A stretch of 63,729 nucleotides of DNA, filler included, from Choristocarpus tenellus KU-1152 (lineage: Eukaryota; Protista; Phaeophyceae): the NCBI GenBank assembly GCA_964200185.2. It is 11 parts of 11 records of this genome, joined end to end, with 100 filler letters (N's around TTAATTAATTAA, not from the genome) between each part and the next. Parts side by side here need not be neighbours in the genome. Positions count along the whole stretch, not along the records: positions 1 to 3,069 come from CAXNAD020022535.1; positions 3,170 to 5,932 come from CAXNAD020024958.1; positions 6,033 to 10,516 come from CAXNAD020014344.1; positions 10,617 to 18,174 come from CAXNAD020005962.1; 7 more parts are not named here. One strand, 5' to 3'. The notes under the pieces were generated by a model. It ran no database searches and was not told the DNA's origin. It saw only the letters and a program-made list of their open reading frames with translations. Positions within the stretch are counted from its first letter, which is position 1. Each line of letters starts with the position of its first letter. Of this stretch, positions 1 to 11,521 are shown one piece after another. Position numbers and translations under genes: made by a program.

Positions 1-739
1 CCCCCCAGATACTTTGGGTCACGACCCACCTTGAAAGGACTTGAAAACTCACTCCTCCTTTTCCTTCCTTACTTCATTTACAACCTTGTTCAACCCATGA
101 AGGATTAATCTAGTCATTTACATACACAAGTCTTGGGAACATCAGCTTCTTTAAACATCGATACAGGACAGGGTGTAATGCAGGAGCAGTTCTTGGATTG
201 AGGAGTTCAACATAAGAAGCAAAGCAACAGGGGTCAATCCAGCGAGTACTGGCTGCGAAGTATTAAAAAAGTCCTCAAATGTAATACCAAGATTTGCATT
301 TGTTGAAATATATTGAAGGGAGTATCATAGAGGACATGGTATGAAAAGCTGCATACCCACTGATCACAGCAATTCCTATTTTTTCTAAAGGCAACCTCTA
401 CGCCAATTGAATAGCCTGAACATATTTCATACTGAACCAGCTGGGCGTCTTTCCTCTATGACCTTTCCCTCCCGACCACCTCCACCGTTGGGAACCTTCA
501 GTGTGCCATAGATATCATTTATAAGACACACACACACACTATGCACAAAGTTGCATGCTTACTAAGAGAAAAAAGGCATGCCAAGGAGGGGGGGGGGGGG
601 GTTGAATGAACATTTAAACTTCGTGCACCAACTGGGTAGACACTCTATGTCTATAGTTCTTTTCCTCTCCATTTTAATTGATATTTTGCTTTCTATACGT
701 GTACATGCTTGTGTGGTATTGAGCCCACCGGATGCTTTT

Positions 740-1255
740 CCCCTCTGCACTCCCATACACCCTACGTACGGATTGGCATTCCTTCAACAACTTGATCCAG
801 GTTCAGAGAGAAGGATACAAATTTCGATATCCTCAGTTCTCCCCATTCCCTTTAATACTTAAGCCATTGGGCTGGTCTTTTAGGTATGGACGGCAGCAGG
901 GTGGAGACGGAGACTCTGGTATGTGGGGTCAGCTGTATGCATGGGGGATAACAACTGTCCGGGAAGATGATGTTTGCGGCACTTGCTGGTGGAAAATGGG
1001 GTCAAGCTGGACAGGAGAAGGAACCGGTGGTCATGTTTGCAAGATGATCTAACCCTTCAACATCTTGGGATCCATCCCAGTTATAAACAGAATGAAAGGA
1101 TAGAAAGACAGCATTGGTTGTATAGATGTGTGGTTGGTGGAGTCAAGCCCCTAATGGATGCCTGGCATAATAGAGAAGCATTCTTGACTGGAGTTCAACA
1201 TGCTGAACCAGATGAAGTTGAACGTACGCTCAGTGTGGGCAGCTGGATTTTTTGA
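740..1255 (+). mobile_element. Degraded 3' part of an RTE-clade LINE ORF
   Basis: Frameshifted translation gives WRRRLWYVGSAVCMGDNN, GQEK, WSCLQDDL..LGI, W.YRCVVGGVKPLMDAWHNRE and QHA. This matches the C-terminal RRRR..FAG..RM..R.P / GQEKEW..CL.DDL..FGI / FM..W pattern of RTE LINEs. Confidence 0.7.
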
Positions 1256-1365
1256 GATTGTGAATGGTTAACCTTTCCATTTTGTTGTAAACCATGGAGA
1301 TTGCTCAGATAGATCAGATTTTTTCCAAAGATATTTTCACCTAGGACACTGTTGATGCTGGTGGT

Positions 1366-1540
1366 GGCTCAAAGTATCTGGGGGAGGGTGGCGGCTGTCC
1401 ATTAGGGGTCAATTTTTTCATGTCTCGATTTTTGTGTGATTTGGTTACATACGTCCGATGGGTAATGAAAATGCACTTTTCCTGATTTTGACCCAAATGG
1501 ACACCCCGGTGTAGACCCCCCCCCCTAGATACTCTGGGTC
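1366..1540. mobile_element. MITE family A, complete
   Basis: Termini ggctcaaagtatct and agatactctgggtc form an imperfect 14-bp TIR, with TGGT on both flanks (4-bp TSD). The body recurs at 24975, 62722, 20532, 5865, 10429, 52679 and 60323. Confidence 0.9.
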
Positions 1541-3007
1541 TGGTGTTGATTATATCCCTTCTTCTGCTGGGTGTTGCCTAGTGACTATTGCTTGTGTCTA
1601 ACTAATCCCACTCTTTGTTACTCGAAAGTTTTATTCACTTCATGCATTTTCTATATTTTCGTTTCCATTTCTATATTGTCACAACAGTAATAACGACTAC
1701 AACAAATATCTGAATAATAGGAGTTTGGAGACGAGGAACACAAAAAGAGGTGGCAAAGCAAAATGATATCCAGCAAGATCATAGGGGAGGTGTAGCTCAT
1801 TCTGACTCTGGGGCATATATGGATAAGCCTTCCTCATCCTCTTCCTCTTCAGTTTATCTACTTCTAGTTCTGGTTGCCTGCCTGGTGCTGCAAGGGTTTG
1901 CTTGACATGGATGGCATGTGTGTGTTTGTTGCCTTAGTTGGGACGCTCCATAGGTACTGACCAGGGACAGAGGGTAGGCACCTTGGTCTTCAACATACAC
2001 CCATCGTATTTCTCAATTTTTTGCTTTTGATAGTATTTTTTTCAAATACTCTTGCTTTGATCTCGACTCTCATACTGCTCAGACAAAACAAGAAAAAAGT
2101 GTAAAAAATATTATTTATACAAAATACAATAATACTGATCCCAATATTGAAGCACAATTCTCACCCTACCCACTGCATTGCCTACATTTCAAGTGATGCA
2201 CTTTGTATGCATTTTAATTGTTCCTACCTCCCACTACAATGAATCGTGATAGTCCTGCCACTCAAAAAAAATTCTCCTCCCATCCTAGCCCCTTACCACT
2301 ACCAATAATTCACAGCACCTGCCAGCAACATTTGTTCCTTGTATGGACACAAGCAATTACTTTGTCATAATATCCGCTACCTGCCTCATCACTGTTTCAT
2401 AAATCCGCTCAATCGAACACACAACACGAACAATCTCCACAAGATTGATTTCTGTCCCCCCCAGTCGGTGTTTGTAAATCGGAATCGAAACAAATATATA
2501 CCAGGCCAACTTTCCCTAGCACGATCCAAACTATCTAATAAGGCAAAATACTGGAGTACAGATATGAATCTTTGTAGGCAGGTGTGTCCTCTCACATGCC
2601 TACTTAATACACATACTATGCATATAGGTTCTCTATTATCTTATATAAAACAGAGGATACACTCAGAATGGGGATACGAGGAGCAAACACTATACAATGT
2701 CGATAAACGATTTGACTAGTGTTTGTGATTTGACATTGCTATACGGGTGATATACGATGACTTGATCACCACTCCAATGCGTGAAAACAACATATTGTGT
2801 TACATGACCAAATCAACACAGCGAACGACGAAATCAAATGTGTGCACCCATTCTCCTTCCTCAATGCTGACATCGAATTGGAATATTGCTCACGACAACT
2901 ACAATATTCCAAGTGGACAACTCAGACGTACGATGTTGGTGGCTCAACTCTCCTAAAACGGTATGAGGTGACTGTACAGTCATTACATAATGTCAGGGGG
3001 ATCATGC

Positions 3008-3069
3008 TGTTAAAGTATCCCCAAAATCATCGAAGAGGATAAAGGTGATAAACCCGGCGAGATTGCTTG
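3008..3069 (-). mobile_element. LTR end of the Copia family seen at 22076 (cut by contig end)
   Basis: tgttaaagtatccccaaaatcatcgaagaggataaaggtgataaacccggcgagattg is near-identical to 22076-22135. Similarity starts exactly at TGTTAAA. Confidence 0.7.
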
Positions 3070-3169
3070 NNNNNNNNNNNNNNNNNNNNNNNNNNNNNNN
3101 NNNNNNNNNNNNNTTAATTAATTAANNNNNNNNNNNNNNNNNNNNNNNNNNNNNNNNNNNNNNNNNNNN
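3070..3169. other. Artificial contig spacer N44-TTAATTAATTAA-N44. Also at 5933-6032, 10517-10616, 18175-18274, 20830-20929, 30453-30552, 37155-37254, 52720-52819, 55610-55709 and 59144-59243
   Basis: Identical 100-nt N-padded linker with stops in all six frames, present 10 times. Confidence 0.99.
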
Positions 3170-3287
3170 ACCCCCCCCCTCCAAGATACTTTGACCCAAC
3201 TTTATCACTAATCGATTAGCCTGTGTACTGTGTAGAACCAACAGGATACAATCACCCAGCAACATCCCCAATACCTCAGACCCATCT

Positions 3288-3552
3288 GAGTCAAAGTATC
3301 TTAGAGGGCAGAACCGCGTCCGTTTGGGGGCCAAAATCCATTGTTTCGATTTTGATGTAATGTTGACTATCATGTTTGTTAGGAAATGTTAATACCCTTG
3401 TTCCCGACACATCTTTTCATAACGTATACATTTTACCTACTCCGAAATGTTCTGGAGTAGGTAAAATGTCATAAAAAAACCCATGAAAAAGTCAAGTCCC
3501 AAACGGACAAACAGGTCAAAACTCGTACCCTAACCCTAAGATACTTTCACTC
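3288..3552. mobile_element. MITE family B, complete
   Basis: gagtcaaagtatcttagaggg ... ccctaagatactttcactc, with ATCT on both flanks. Confidence 0.9.
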
Positions 3553-3879
3553 ATCTCTCCACAACAATGGTAGCAAAGAGCAACATGTAACAGTGGGGGC
3601 TACATACCTCCCCCTTTAGGACATTGCCTCTGACGGATCTGCCCAATCAAATTTTGCCTCTCTGAATATATGTGGGGAAATGCAGGCTTCCCTGCTTTGC
3701 ATAAGTCATGTTTTGTGAAACATATTTACATGCATGTTCTTGCCCAACACTTGAAGAGAAGTCATTTGTTGCAGTTCATGAAGTTTGGAAGCATTTAGCA
3801 CAGGAATTTCAATAAAACACCATTGCGAGGTGGAAAACCAAACGCAAGACAAATAATACATTGCACATTAATTTAGCAC

Positions 3880-5148
3880 CTGAAGGAGGGCCATGCTCAG
3901 ATCATCTCTCTCAGAAGATTCAGGAAACCTCAATGTCCCTCTCGATTCTCCACCTAAAGTCCTGCCCACGTGGCTGCTTCCGCTCCTGCTGACCCTACCT
4001 TTTCTCAAGTCATTTCCACTAGTAGAACATATCGATAGCTTCAGTCGTTCAATTCTGACACCCCCTTTCAGGCAATCTACATTATCAAATGAGTTCCTCT
4101 CTTTACTTTTCCCAGGTGCCGATGTCCCATGACGAGGAGTAACTCCAGTCCTGTTGTTAGACAAACCAGTTTCCCCCAGGTTGCCCTCTCTCAAGCTCAG
4201 CAAAGGTGCGGATTGGACTGACCCCACACTGAAGCCCAGTGATGACACCGCAGCATCATCCTGACTGCTCAACGAGCTCCTCAAGTGTTGTTCCTCCCAG
4301 ATCTTTTGTTGCTCCTGGTACTCCCTCCTGCTCATGTGTGCAGGGTCCTGATGCAGCAGCAACAATGGAAGGTATTTGTTTGAAGCTGATGTATTTGGCT
4401 GATGTGCGAAGACAAGCAGATGTGGTTGCTAGTGACCTGGTAGAACTACATCAAGGCAGAATAAATACTTTCACCCCCTATTTTTCGATTTGGGAGAAAA
4501 ACGTGAACTTGAACAACTCTCCAATTACCATCAGCACCTAGCCACACCGTAGATGAACTACCTCACAGTGTGAGGTATTGAGGAGGCCTTCTTCACAATA
4601 TAGTTTTTCAACATGTGCATCCTCCAGGGAATGGGTCTCAGCCTCCGAAGTCAGTAGTTCAAAATCACCAAGCTGACAACTCAACGGATCCTATTTTACA
4701 GCAAGTGCAGCAAGTGCAGCAAGTGCAGCAAGTGCAGCAAGTGCATGAAATATCCACATTCCAAGTTATCTATACCACTGCTGCACATGTACAGTCAAGA
4801 TGAAATTTAGACTGGAGAACCGAACAGTTCCCCACGTCCTTCAAATATCAACGCAGCCTAGCACTGATGCTTTTTGGGGGTATCTCTCAATCACACCTGT
4901 GGCCAGGCAGGACCATCCTTAGAGGAGCTGCCATCATGGACTGAAACTCCAATCATGGGTTTGTCCACTGAATCTGTTAACATTGGTTGCAATGTGGCTT
5001 CCAGGCAGAAAAAGGGAGCACCATGTCTCTGGGAGCTTTTTCGTCTATTTCGAGATGTCCTGCAGGTGGTGGGGGGCGAGATATGTTGTTGGAGGTCCAA
5101 CTCATCCTGTGAAGATATCCTTGTGCTATATCTTCGTACTTTCCTCTT
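3880..5148 (-). CDS. Two exons (5148-4897, 4347-3880) of a hypothetical Ser-rich, probably disordered protein
   Basis: AG/GT-bounded open exons of 252 and 468 nt, both phase 0 (KRKVRRYSTRISSQDELD...AWPQ | DPAHMSRREYQEQQKIWEEQHL...MALLQ). Confidence 0.55.
4699..4745. repeat. Intronic 9-bp tandem repeat (CAGCAAGTG)x5
   Basis: Seen directly. Confidence 0.95.
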
Positions 5149-5864
5149 CTACGTAAATCAAGAGTCTTGCATTGTCCGATAAGAGTCCAGGGATATTGAG
5201 TAGGAGGATAAACTACACAGGAAATGATGAGCTGGGAAAGTCAACACGAGGAATGTTCTCATTCATTGTAATTGGTTCTTGTGTATGAATGTGACTCAAT
5301 TTGCATGTGTACCTCAGGTATAATAGGTGCTACACACTAAGATTCCAAATTGTGCCCTTTCCACTCTATGTCCATTTTTGTTGCCAGGGTAAGAGATGTA
5401 GTTAAGCTGACAGAACAACCACTTTCAACCAATGATGTTCATGTTTTCTCTTGTTCTTCCATCACGATGTGTCAGAGCACCAAGCATGGTCATGATGGAT
5501 GAAGTTGACTCTTCTTCAAGGCAGACACTGGATACACACTTGTCCTAGGAGGCAAACACACTGACTTCATATACAATCCTAACCACATGCGCCTATCTAA
5601 AGGTTAGCCACAACCGCAATTAGGTTTGGGTACCTGATGTCAGCCCAAACGCACTTCTTTTTTTGTATCTTGGCAGAGATATACAATGAACCTCATCAAC
5701 AAAAAACCAACAAAAATATGATGTTTTGCCACCCTCCCAGTGTAATGCAAACTTCAGAGCAGCTGTCAACAATTGCTATGAGAAATACTCCAAGCATATT
5801 GTTGAATATTCCAAGCACATAACATAGTTGCCATGTACGTTTATCTTTGAGAAGGTACAATACA

Positions 5865-5932
5865 GACCCAAAGTATCTGGGGGGTGGGGGGGGGTCTACA
5901 CCAGGGTGTCCATTTGGACCGTGACCAGGAAA
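5865..5932. mobile_element. MITE family A end, cut by contig end
   Basis: gacccaaagtatctgggg..gtctacaccagggtgtccatttgg is the reverse complement of the right part of 1366-1540. Confidence 0.85.
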
Positions 5933-6032
5933 NNNNNNNNNNNNNNNNNNNNNNNNNNNNNNNNNNNNNNNNNNNNTTAATTAATTAANNNNNNNNNNNN
6001 NNNNNNNNNNNNNNNNNNNNNNNNNNNNNNNN

Positions 6033-6103
6033 ACATCGAAATCGCAACACTGGATTTTGACCCCCAAATGGACGCGGCTCTACCCTCTAAGATACTTTGG
6101 CTC
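6033..6103. mobile_element. MITE family B end at contig start
   Basis: aaatggacgcggctctaccctctaagatactttggctc. Confidence 0.85.
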
Positions 6104-6546
6104 TATAATTAGTCCAGTTGAATAATGGCAAAGAGATAAGAGCGTCTGATTTTACCCCTCTAGAAATGATGTACCCACTTCTGTGTGGGCCAACCACCTC
6201 TACTTTTATTTTTCATTTCAAAAGAGTGTAGCCAGGTTTCGATTTATTGTTCACCATTTTTTGCATTTTTTTTTTCGTCAGGCATCCCACATCCTTACGT
6301 ACGTACGCACAATCCATTCAATTCCTGATCAACCTGAATATGAACTTCGACATACATTCCAAACTGCTCTGGAGTATGTAAAAATTGCCATTCTATTGTA
6401 TGTATGCGACCTGTATTTCTGCAAGTTCCTTTCACGCACAACTGTTCTATCCAAAAAACTACGGAAGGGGGCAGAGTAGTCAAGTCAAGCGCTCTCTCCA
6501 GTATCATGAACTGTCCATTTTAGCTTCTCTAGGTAATGTGATCCAT

Positions 6547-6803
6547 CAGTGAAAGTATCTTAGAGGGTAGGAGTTTTGCCCTGTTTGTCCGTTTGGGCCT
6601 TGGCTTCCCACGTTTTTTTTTATGACTTACCTACTCCGAAATGTTTCGGAGTAGGTTAAATGTGTAAGTTATGAAAAGGTGAGTCCGGAACAAGAATATT
6701 GACACTTCCTAACAAACGCGATAGCCAAAATTATATCAAAATCGCAACATTGGATTTTTGCCCCCGAACGGACACGGCTCTACCCTCTAAGATACTTTGA
6801 CTC
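6547..6803. mobile_element. MITE family B, complete, opposite orientation to 3288
   Basis: cagtgaaagtatcttagaggg ... ccctctaagatactttgactc. Flanks CCAT/CAAT (1 mismatch). Confidence 0.88.
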
Positions 6804-7251
6804 CAATCAACAATAACGGAGTCCTAGTTTCTGCCTTTGCACTGTGTATCTGTGCTGTTGATAACACTTTCGTCATCTCAGAAGTTCACAGTTGTGTGGC
6901 ATTACACATAATAGGCTGTTATTGAGGAGTTATTATTAATAGCACTAAATCCATTCAAAACAACTGTGACAAAGTCTACACCTGCTAGAGTGATATCCCC
7001 CCACAGGACGAATCATAGTAGGGACGTGGTCACCATCAGGCTCCTCAAGAAGAGCAGGCCCTATTGGATATTTCAAAGCTAATAATGTATTAAACACAAC
7101 TCTAGCACAAGGGTCTAACAGAGAGGCCTTTCATGAGGTATTTGATAGCATGTTATGGGCGAACATACGGCATTGTTGCTGCTCCAGCTGAGGGCTGGAA
7201 GCGCAACCTCTACGAACGATCTTTTGTCTCTAATAGCTTTAACCTCATCAC

Positions 7252-7416
7252 CTTCCCAATGAAAACCTTCGGGGAAACAGACAGAGGAAATTGTGGAGGA
7301 GCTGGCGACTCATGTTGTGGGCTGTAGGGGGGTGGAGAGCTTTGGTCAGAAGGGAGCAGTGATGGCACGCCTGCAACAGATTGTGTCAGTAACTGCTCAT
7401 ATGGCAATCTCAAGGC
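7252..7416 (-). CDS. Possible exon, Pro/Ser-rich hypothetical protein
   Basis: ttgcag acceptor, 165-nt open frame (ALRLPYEQLLTQ...VFIGK), gtgatg donor. Confidence 0.35.
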
Positions 7417-7936
7417 CTGCAATGCATTACATCGGGTCGGTGGCCTAGGAGAGGCTTGACTGATTCGTGGGACTCTTCCCTTGCTTCTAGATCACCTTCA
7501 TAGCATCAAAGTAGGACCAGTTTCATCTACAGTTGTTTTAGAACTTTCTTGTTTTCAAATACGCTACAACTGTTGTTGCTATATCTGACAAACGCTTTCC
7601 TGGAAGAAATACAGACTCTATTGCTGTTGTGTTGTATTCTGTACCTACGTTGTGGTTCTACTACATACTCTATTGTGTGTTTTCTTTACTTCACGCTTCT
7701 TTTCCTTACATGACAACATCTTCCAGCAAAATGTCACCAGGACAATTAGCACTCCAAATTATAGAATAGGAAAACACGACTTGCTACGATATATACACGA
7801 CTTCATCTCTCCATAATTTAGGTTAGTTAATTTTAGAAAGTGAACGAACGCATTGTCACGGCTATTCTAAAAACGTGCGTTTTGGTGTTTGATAATGAAT
7901 GTCACAATTTTTCACACTCCTAAAAATGATGGTAGT

Positions 7937-8200
7937 GAGTCCAAGTAAACGAGAGGTACCCAGAGTTGCATTTTAAGGATAAACTATGGGCAAACATGTA
8001 CAAATTCGACTTTTTATACAGATGTGATAAGATATTTTTCGAACAGTGTTGGAAAGTTTCAAGCAATAGAGAAATCAACCCTTTCAAGTCAAATTTAGCT
8101 AATCATCCATAGAACTATGGGTGAATGGCAAAAAAGATTGAAAAACTGCCTTAAATGCAAAACAGTTAAAAGACTGGGTAACTCTCGTTCACTTTGGCCC
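7937..8200. mobile_element. MITE family C (longer TIR, same terminal motif)
   Basis: Left gagtccaagtaaacgagaggtacccag versus reverse-complemented right gggccaaagtgaacgagagttacccag (22/27 match). TSD not preserved. Confidence 0.7.
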
Positions 8201-8879
8201 AATGTTTTAGACTGTACCTAGCCGAATCCCTTCCGAGACAGATTGTAATTCCTTCTGAAACAGATTGTTACGCCTACTTATTAAGAACGTGTTCTAAAAT
8301 GGTGTAAGGTGTCAAGGAGCACCCATCAACCTTGGGTTTAACCTCTAACCCCAGAACCCTAGATAACACTAATAGTAGCACACTACAAACCTTCTATTAC
8401 ATTGACAGGAATAATCCTAATCTCATCTCTTGAGTGTTGGCATTCACGAACATTACTGCTACTGCTGTAGATCTAGACTTTTTGGTGAAAAAGTTGTCTT
8501 TTGTTAGATTTTGCTTTTTTGGAAAGAATCAGTTCACACGTACATAACCGTCAACTTGCACATTGGTTAGGTACTTGCAATTTATCTTTTGCCTCTCAAG
8601 AAAAGATTAATGGTTGAGTGACTGGGAAGGTGCCTCTCAAATGCTACTGTCTGTTTTAGTTGTTGACACTACTAATACTGTGGCAATTAGGGGCCTTCCC
8701 ACCAAGAGGGAATCATTCCGATGAGACGGTTCCGTTCCGATGCTGACTGGTAATGGGAATTCTGAACGTTAAGAGGTAAGGATGAAAATTGGAAGGTACA
8801 TACATAGTATATACATAATGCACATACATACACGCGCCAGTACATGTATACATACATACATACATACATACGACTTCCT

Positions 8880-9415
8880 AACTAAGGCATTGGTGTTTGG
8901 AAGTAAGGTGGACAGGAGGAGAACTGATGGACATGCCTCCAAGACAACCTTGGGGTTGCAGTTGACGCTTGAAATACCTGGGACACTAACCAACAGGAGT
9001 GGTATGATGAGTGTGTGGCTGACAGCACAATGGGTTCCATGGTAGAGTCCAAGGAAGCTGTGGTAGCTAATAGATGTCGCACTAAGGCAGCAGGTAAGGT
9101 CCCTCAAGTCACCACCACCACCACCACCACTATCTGCTGATTACTGTTTCTTTTTGGGTCGAGGTCTCTTGCATCACATTTTGTTGGTTTCTTTCTTCTC
9201 TTTCCCTTGCTATATTTCTTGGTGATAAAGCTTATTGTTTTCTCTTCCTTTTCTTCTCTTTTCTTTTCATTTTTTTTCTTTTTGGTGTAAGTTGGCTTTT
9301 CTCAAGCAGTGTGTATTACCTTCGTTTGACTACCTTTTCGACCATGGGTCTAGGATCCCTCAGACTATTGTGATGATGATCATCATAATAACAACGATAA
9401 CAACGATAACAATAG
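8880..9415 (+). mobile_element. 5'-truncated RTE LINE: decayed ORF end, (CCA)n, 3' UTR and microsatellite tail
   Basis: KALVFG..GQEEN*WTCLQDNLG..QQEWYDECV. This is followed by the conserved 3' block ctcaagcagtgtgtattaccttc..gactaccttttcgaccatgggtctaggatccct and a gat/cat/aac-rich tail. Confidence 0.7.
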
Positions 9416-10217
9416 TGGTTTGAGTGTGATTTTGTAAATTCATATTGACTTTATGTTTAAGATCAAACAAAAATAGAGATGGTTGGCCCTCACGAAAGCA
9501 GTACGTCATCTCTAAAAGGGGCTCAAAACCAGAGACCAACACAACAGTCAATAAATTAAGGCGGAGGGGGTGCAGATTGACGGATTGGTGTTTTGGCTTT
9601 GAATCAGATGCGGATGTTGACTTCTACTCCATGGTACATAGACTAAGGGACGTACCTCCTTGTAGTACTGCATTTGTGAAGCAATTAGAGTATATAGGGT
9701 TGAATGTTTTGGAAATGAGTTTGAAATTGTGGTAAGACTATCTGATCGAATGAAGGTATGTTGCGATTCTGAAGCTGTTGTGCGGGTCTTCTTCCTCGTA
9801 TATGTGTCGTTGGTGCTGGGTTGTTGAACTTGGTGATCTTATGCAGTTACTTTTAGGATGCCCAGGTTGATTTACGAAACGACACTCGGAAGTCCGACAT
9901 TCGATACTTGGATCTTCTGCTCACCTGATCAATGTGTAAGCAAGTGACCTCCATCTTTAGATAAAATGTTACAAAGGAAAGAGGAGGATGCAAGCGTGAT
10001 TCAAAAACACTCATGAACCCATCAAAACCACCATCAACACCATGGAACTATGGCTCACCAGGACCAGAAGGGACGAGATTCCCTGAAGGTATATATAAGA
10101 GTGAATGAGGTTCAACCACATCCTAAATCCCCTTTCCTGAGATAGTTAAAAATGATTCCTTGTGGGTTTCACAGAAGTTAGAGTGAGTATATATTATTAT
10201 TTTGTCGTATCGGTTTT

Positions 10218-10340
10218 AGGGATCCTAGACCAGTGTTTGAAAAGGTAGACCAAAGAAGGCGCTACCCACTGCTTGAGAAAAGGCAACAACGACCATACAA
10301 GACAAACAGACCAGTGGAAGAAAAAAAAGGAAAAATAATC
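10218..10340 (-). mobile_element. 3' UTR end of the same RTE LINE, inverted relative to 8880-9415
   Basis: agggatcctagacc..gaaaaggtagacc.aagaagg..cactgcttgagaaaag is the reverse complement of 9296-9360. Confidence 0.75.
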
Positions 10341-10428
10341 GTTATTCTTGTTACCTGTCCAGATTCATAAGTATGTAGAGAAATAATTTTATATGTGATA
10401 ACTAATTTTTCAACACATATATTAATGA

Positions 10429-10516
10429 GGGTAAAAGTATCTGGGGGGGGGAGGGGGTCTACACCAGGTTGTCCATTTGACCCCAAATCAGGAAAAGTGC
10501 ATTTACATTATCCATC
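10429..10516. mobile_element. MITE family A end, cut by contig end
   Basis: gggtaaaagtatctgggg..gtctacaccaggttgtccatttg..caggaaaagtgcattt. Confidence 0.85.
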
Positions 10517-10902
10517 NNNNNNNNNNNNNNNNNNNNNNNNNNNNNNNNNNNNNNNNNNNNTTAATTAATTAANNNNNNNNNNNNNNNNNNNNNNNNNNNN
10601 NNNNNNNNNNNNNNNNCTGCATGGTAAACCCACAACCGACTTCAGTAAACACTGTTGCCCCCCTACTCATATCGATTGCCACATAAGAACCCCCCCCCCA
10701 CCTGAAGGTTTCACTTTTTACTCTTTAGATATTCAATACCAAGCAAACCACACAATGTGGAATACACATCAAAACATCAACATTAATGTGGGAGAAAGGT
10801 ACCCCTTCTATGTATGTAGCATGGAAAACAAATAATGTGTTGGGGTATAGTACTCCAAGTGCTATATTAGGGGTGGAGGTGGAGGGAAGGAGGGTAACAG
10901 AC

Positions 10903-11488
10903 CTCGCCATCCCGTAGCTCTGTGACCTGCTCCAAAGTCAGGTCCTCTCCAGCTGCCTCTGCTGCTGCCTTCAGCGCCTCTTCCATGGCCTCCCTAACGT
11001 ATAGTATACAGAGGACAGTATACAGTTTCATTGAACTAGTACTATTTAAAATGACAACCTAGGACAAGGTGCAGAAGCATTGAAGATGGGAAAAGAGTGG
11101 TTCAAACGAAGATTTTCACTTGGCAATTACACTTAACCGTTCCTTGAGCAAGCAATTTTTGCCTTTCATCACTACACTTACACCACCATATCCAGCAAGA
11201 GAACCACCAATGTTAACTTCACACACACACACAATATCATTACACCTTCCTTCACCTCTGCTCGGTGCCCTTCTTGGTGAACGGCTTGACATCCAACACC
11301 TTGGGAAAGGAGCACCGGTCGTTGATCTTCACCGTCTCAAAGGTAGTGTAGTCAAGTTCAAAGCGCTTGAGGTGCACAATCAAAAGGTTGGGCAAGTCTC
11401 CCAAACACATTCGCATTCGCGCATCTTTCTTAATCCCACAGTCCTCACAGTCAACCTACAAGGGCAAGAACAGAGACAAGACAGAACA

Positions 11489-11521
<33 letters not shown>

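Noticed and set aside
9330-9370. Hammerhead-ribozyme-like words (CTGAGGGA..GAAA..GTC; TGATGA..AAACGGTAGTC at 30001) suggesting Penelope-like elements
   Set aside because: The CUGANGA core is not intact or conserved among the four copies and stem II does not close. The block is explained as the antisense of an RTE 3' UTR.
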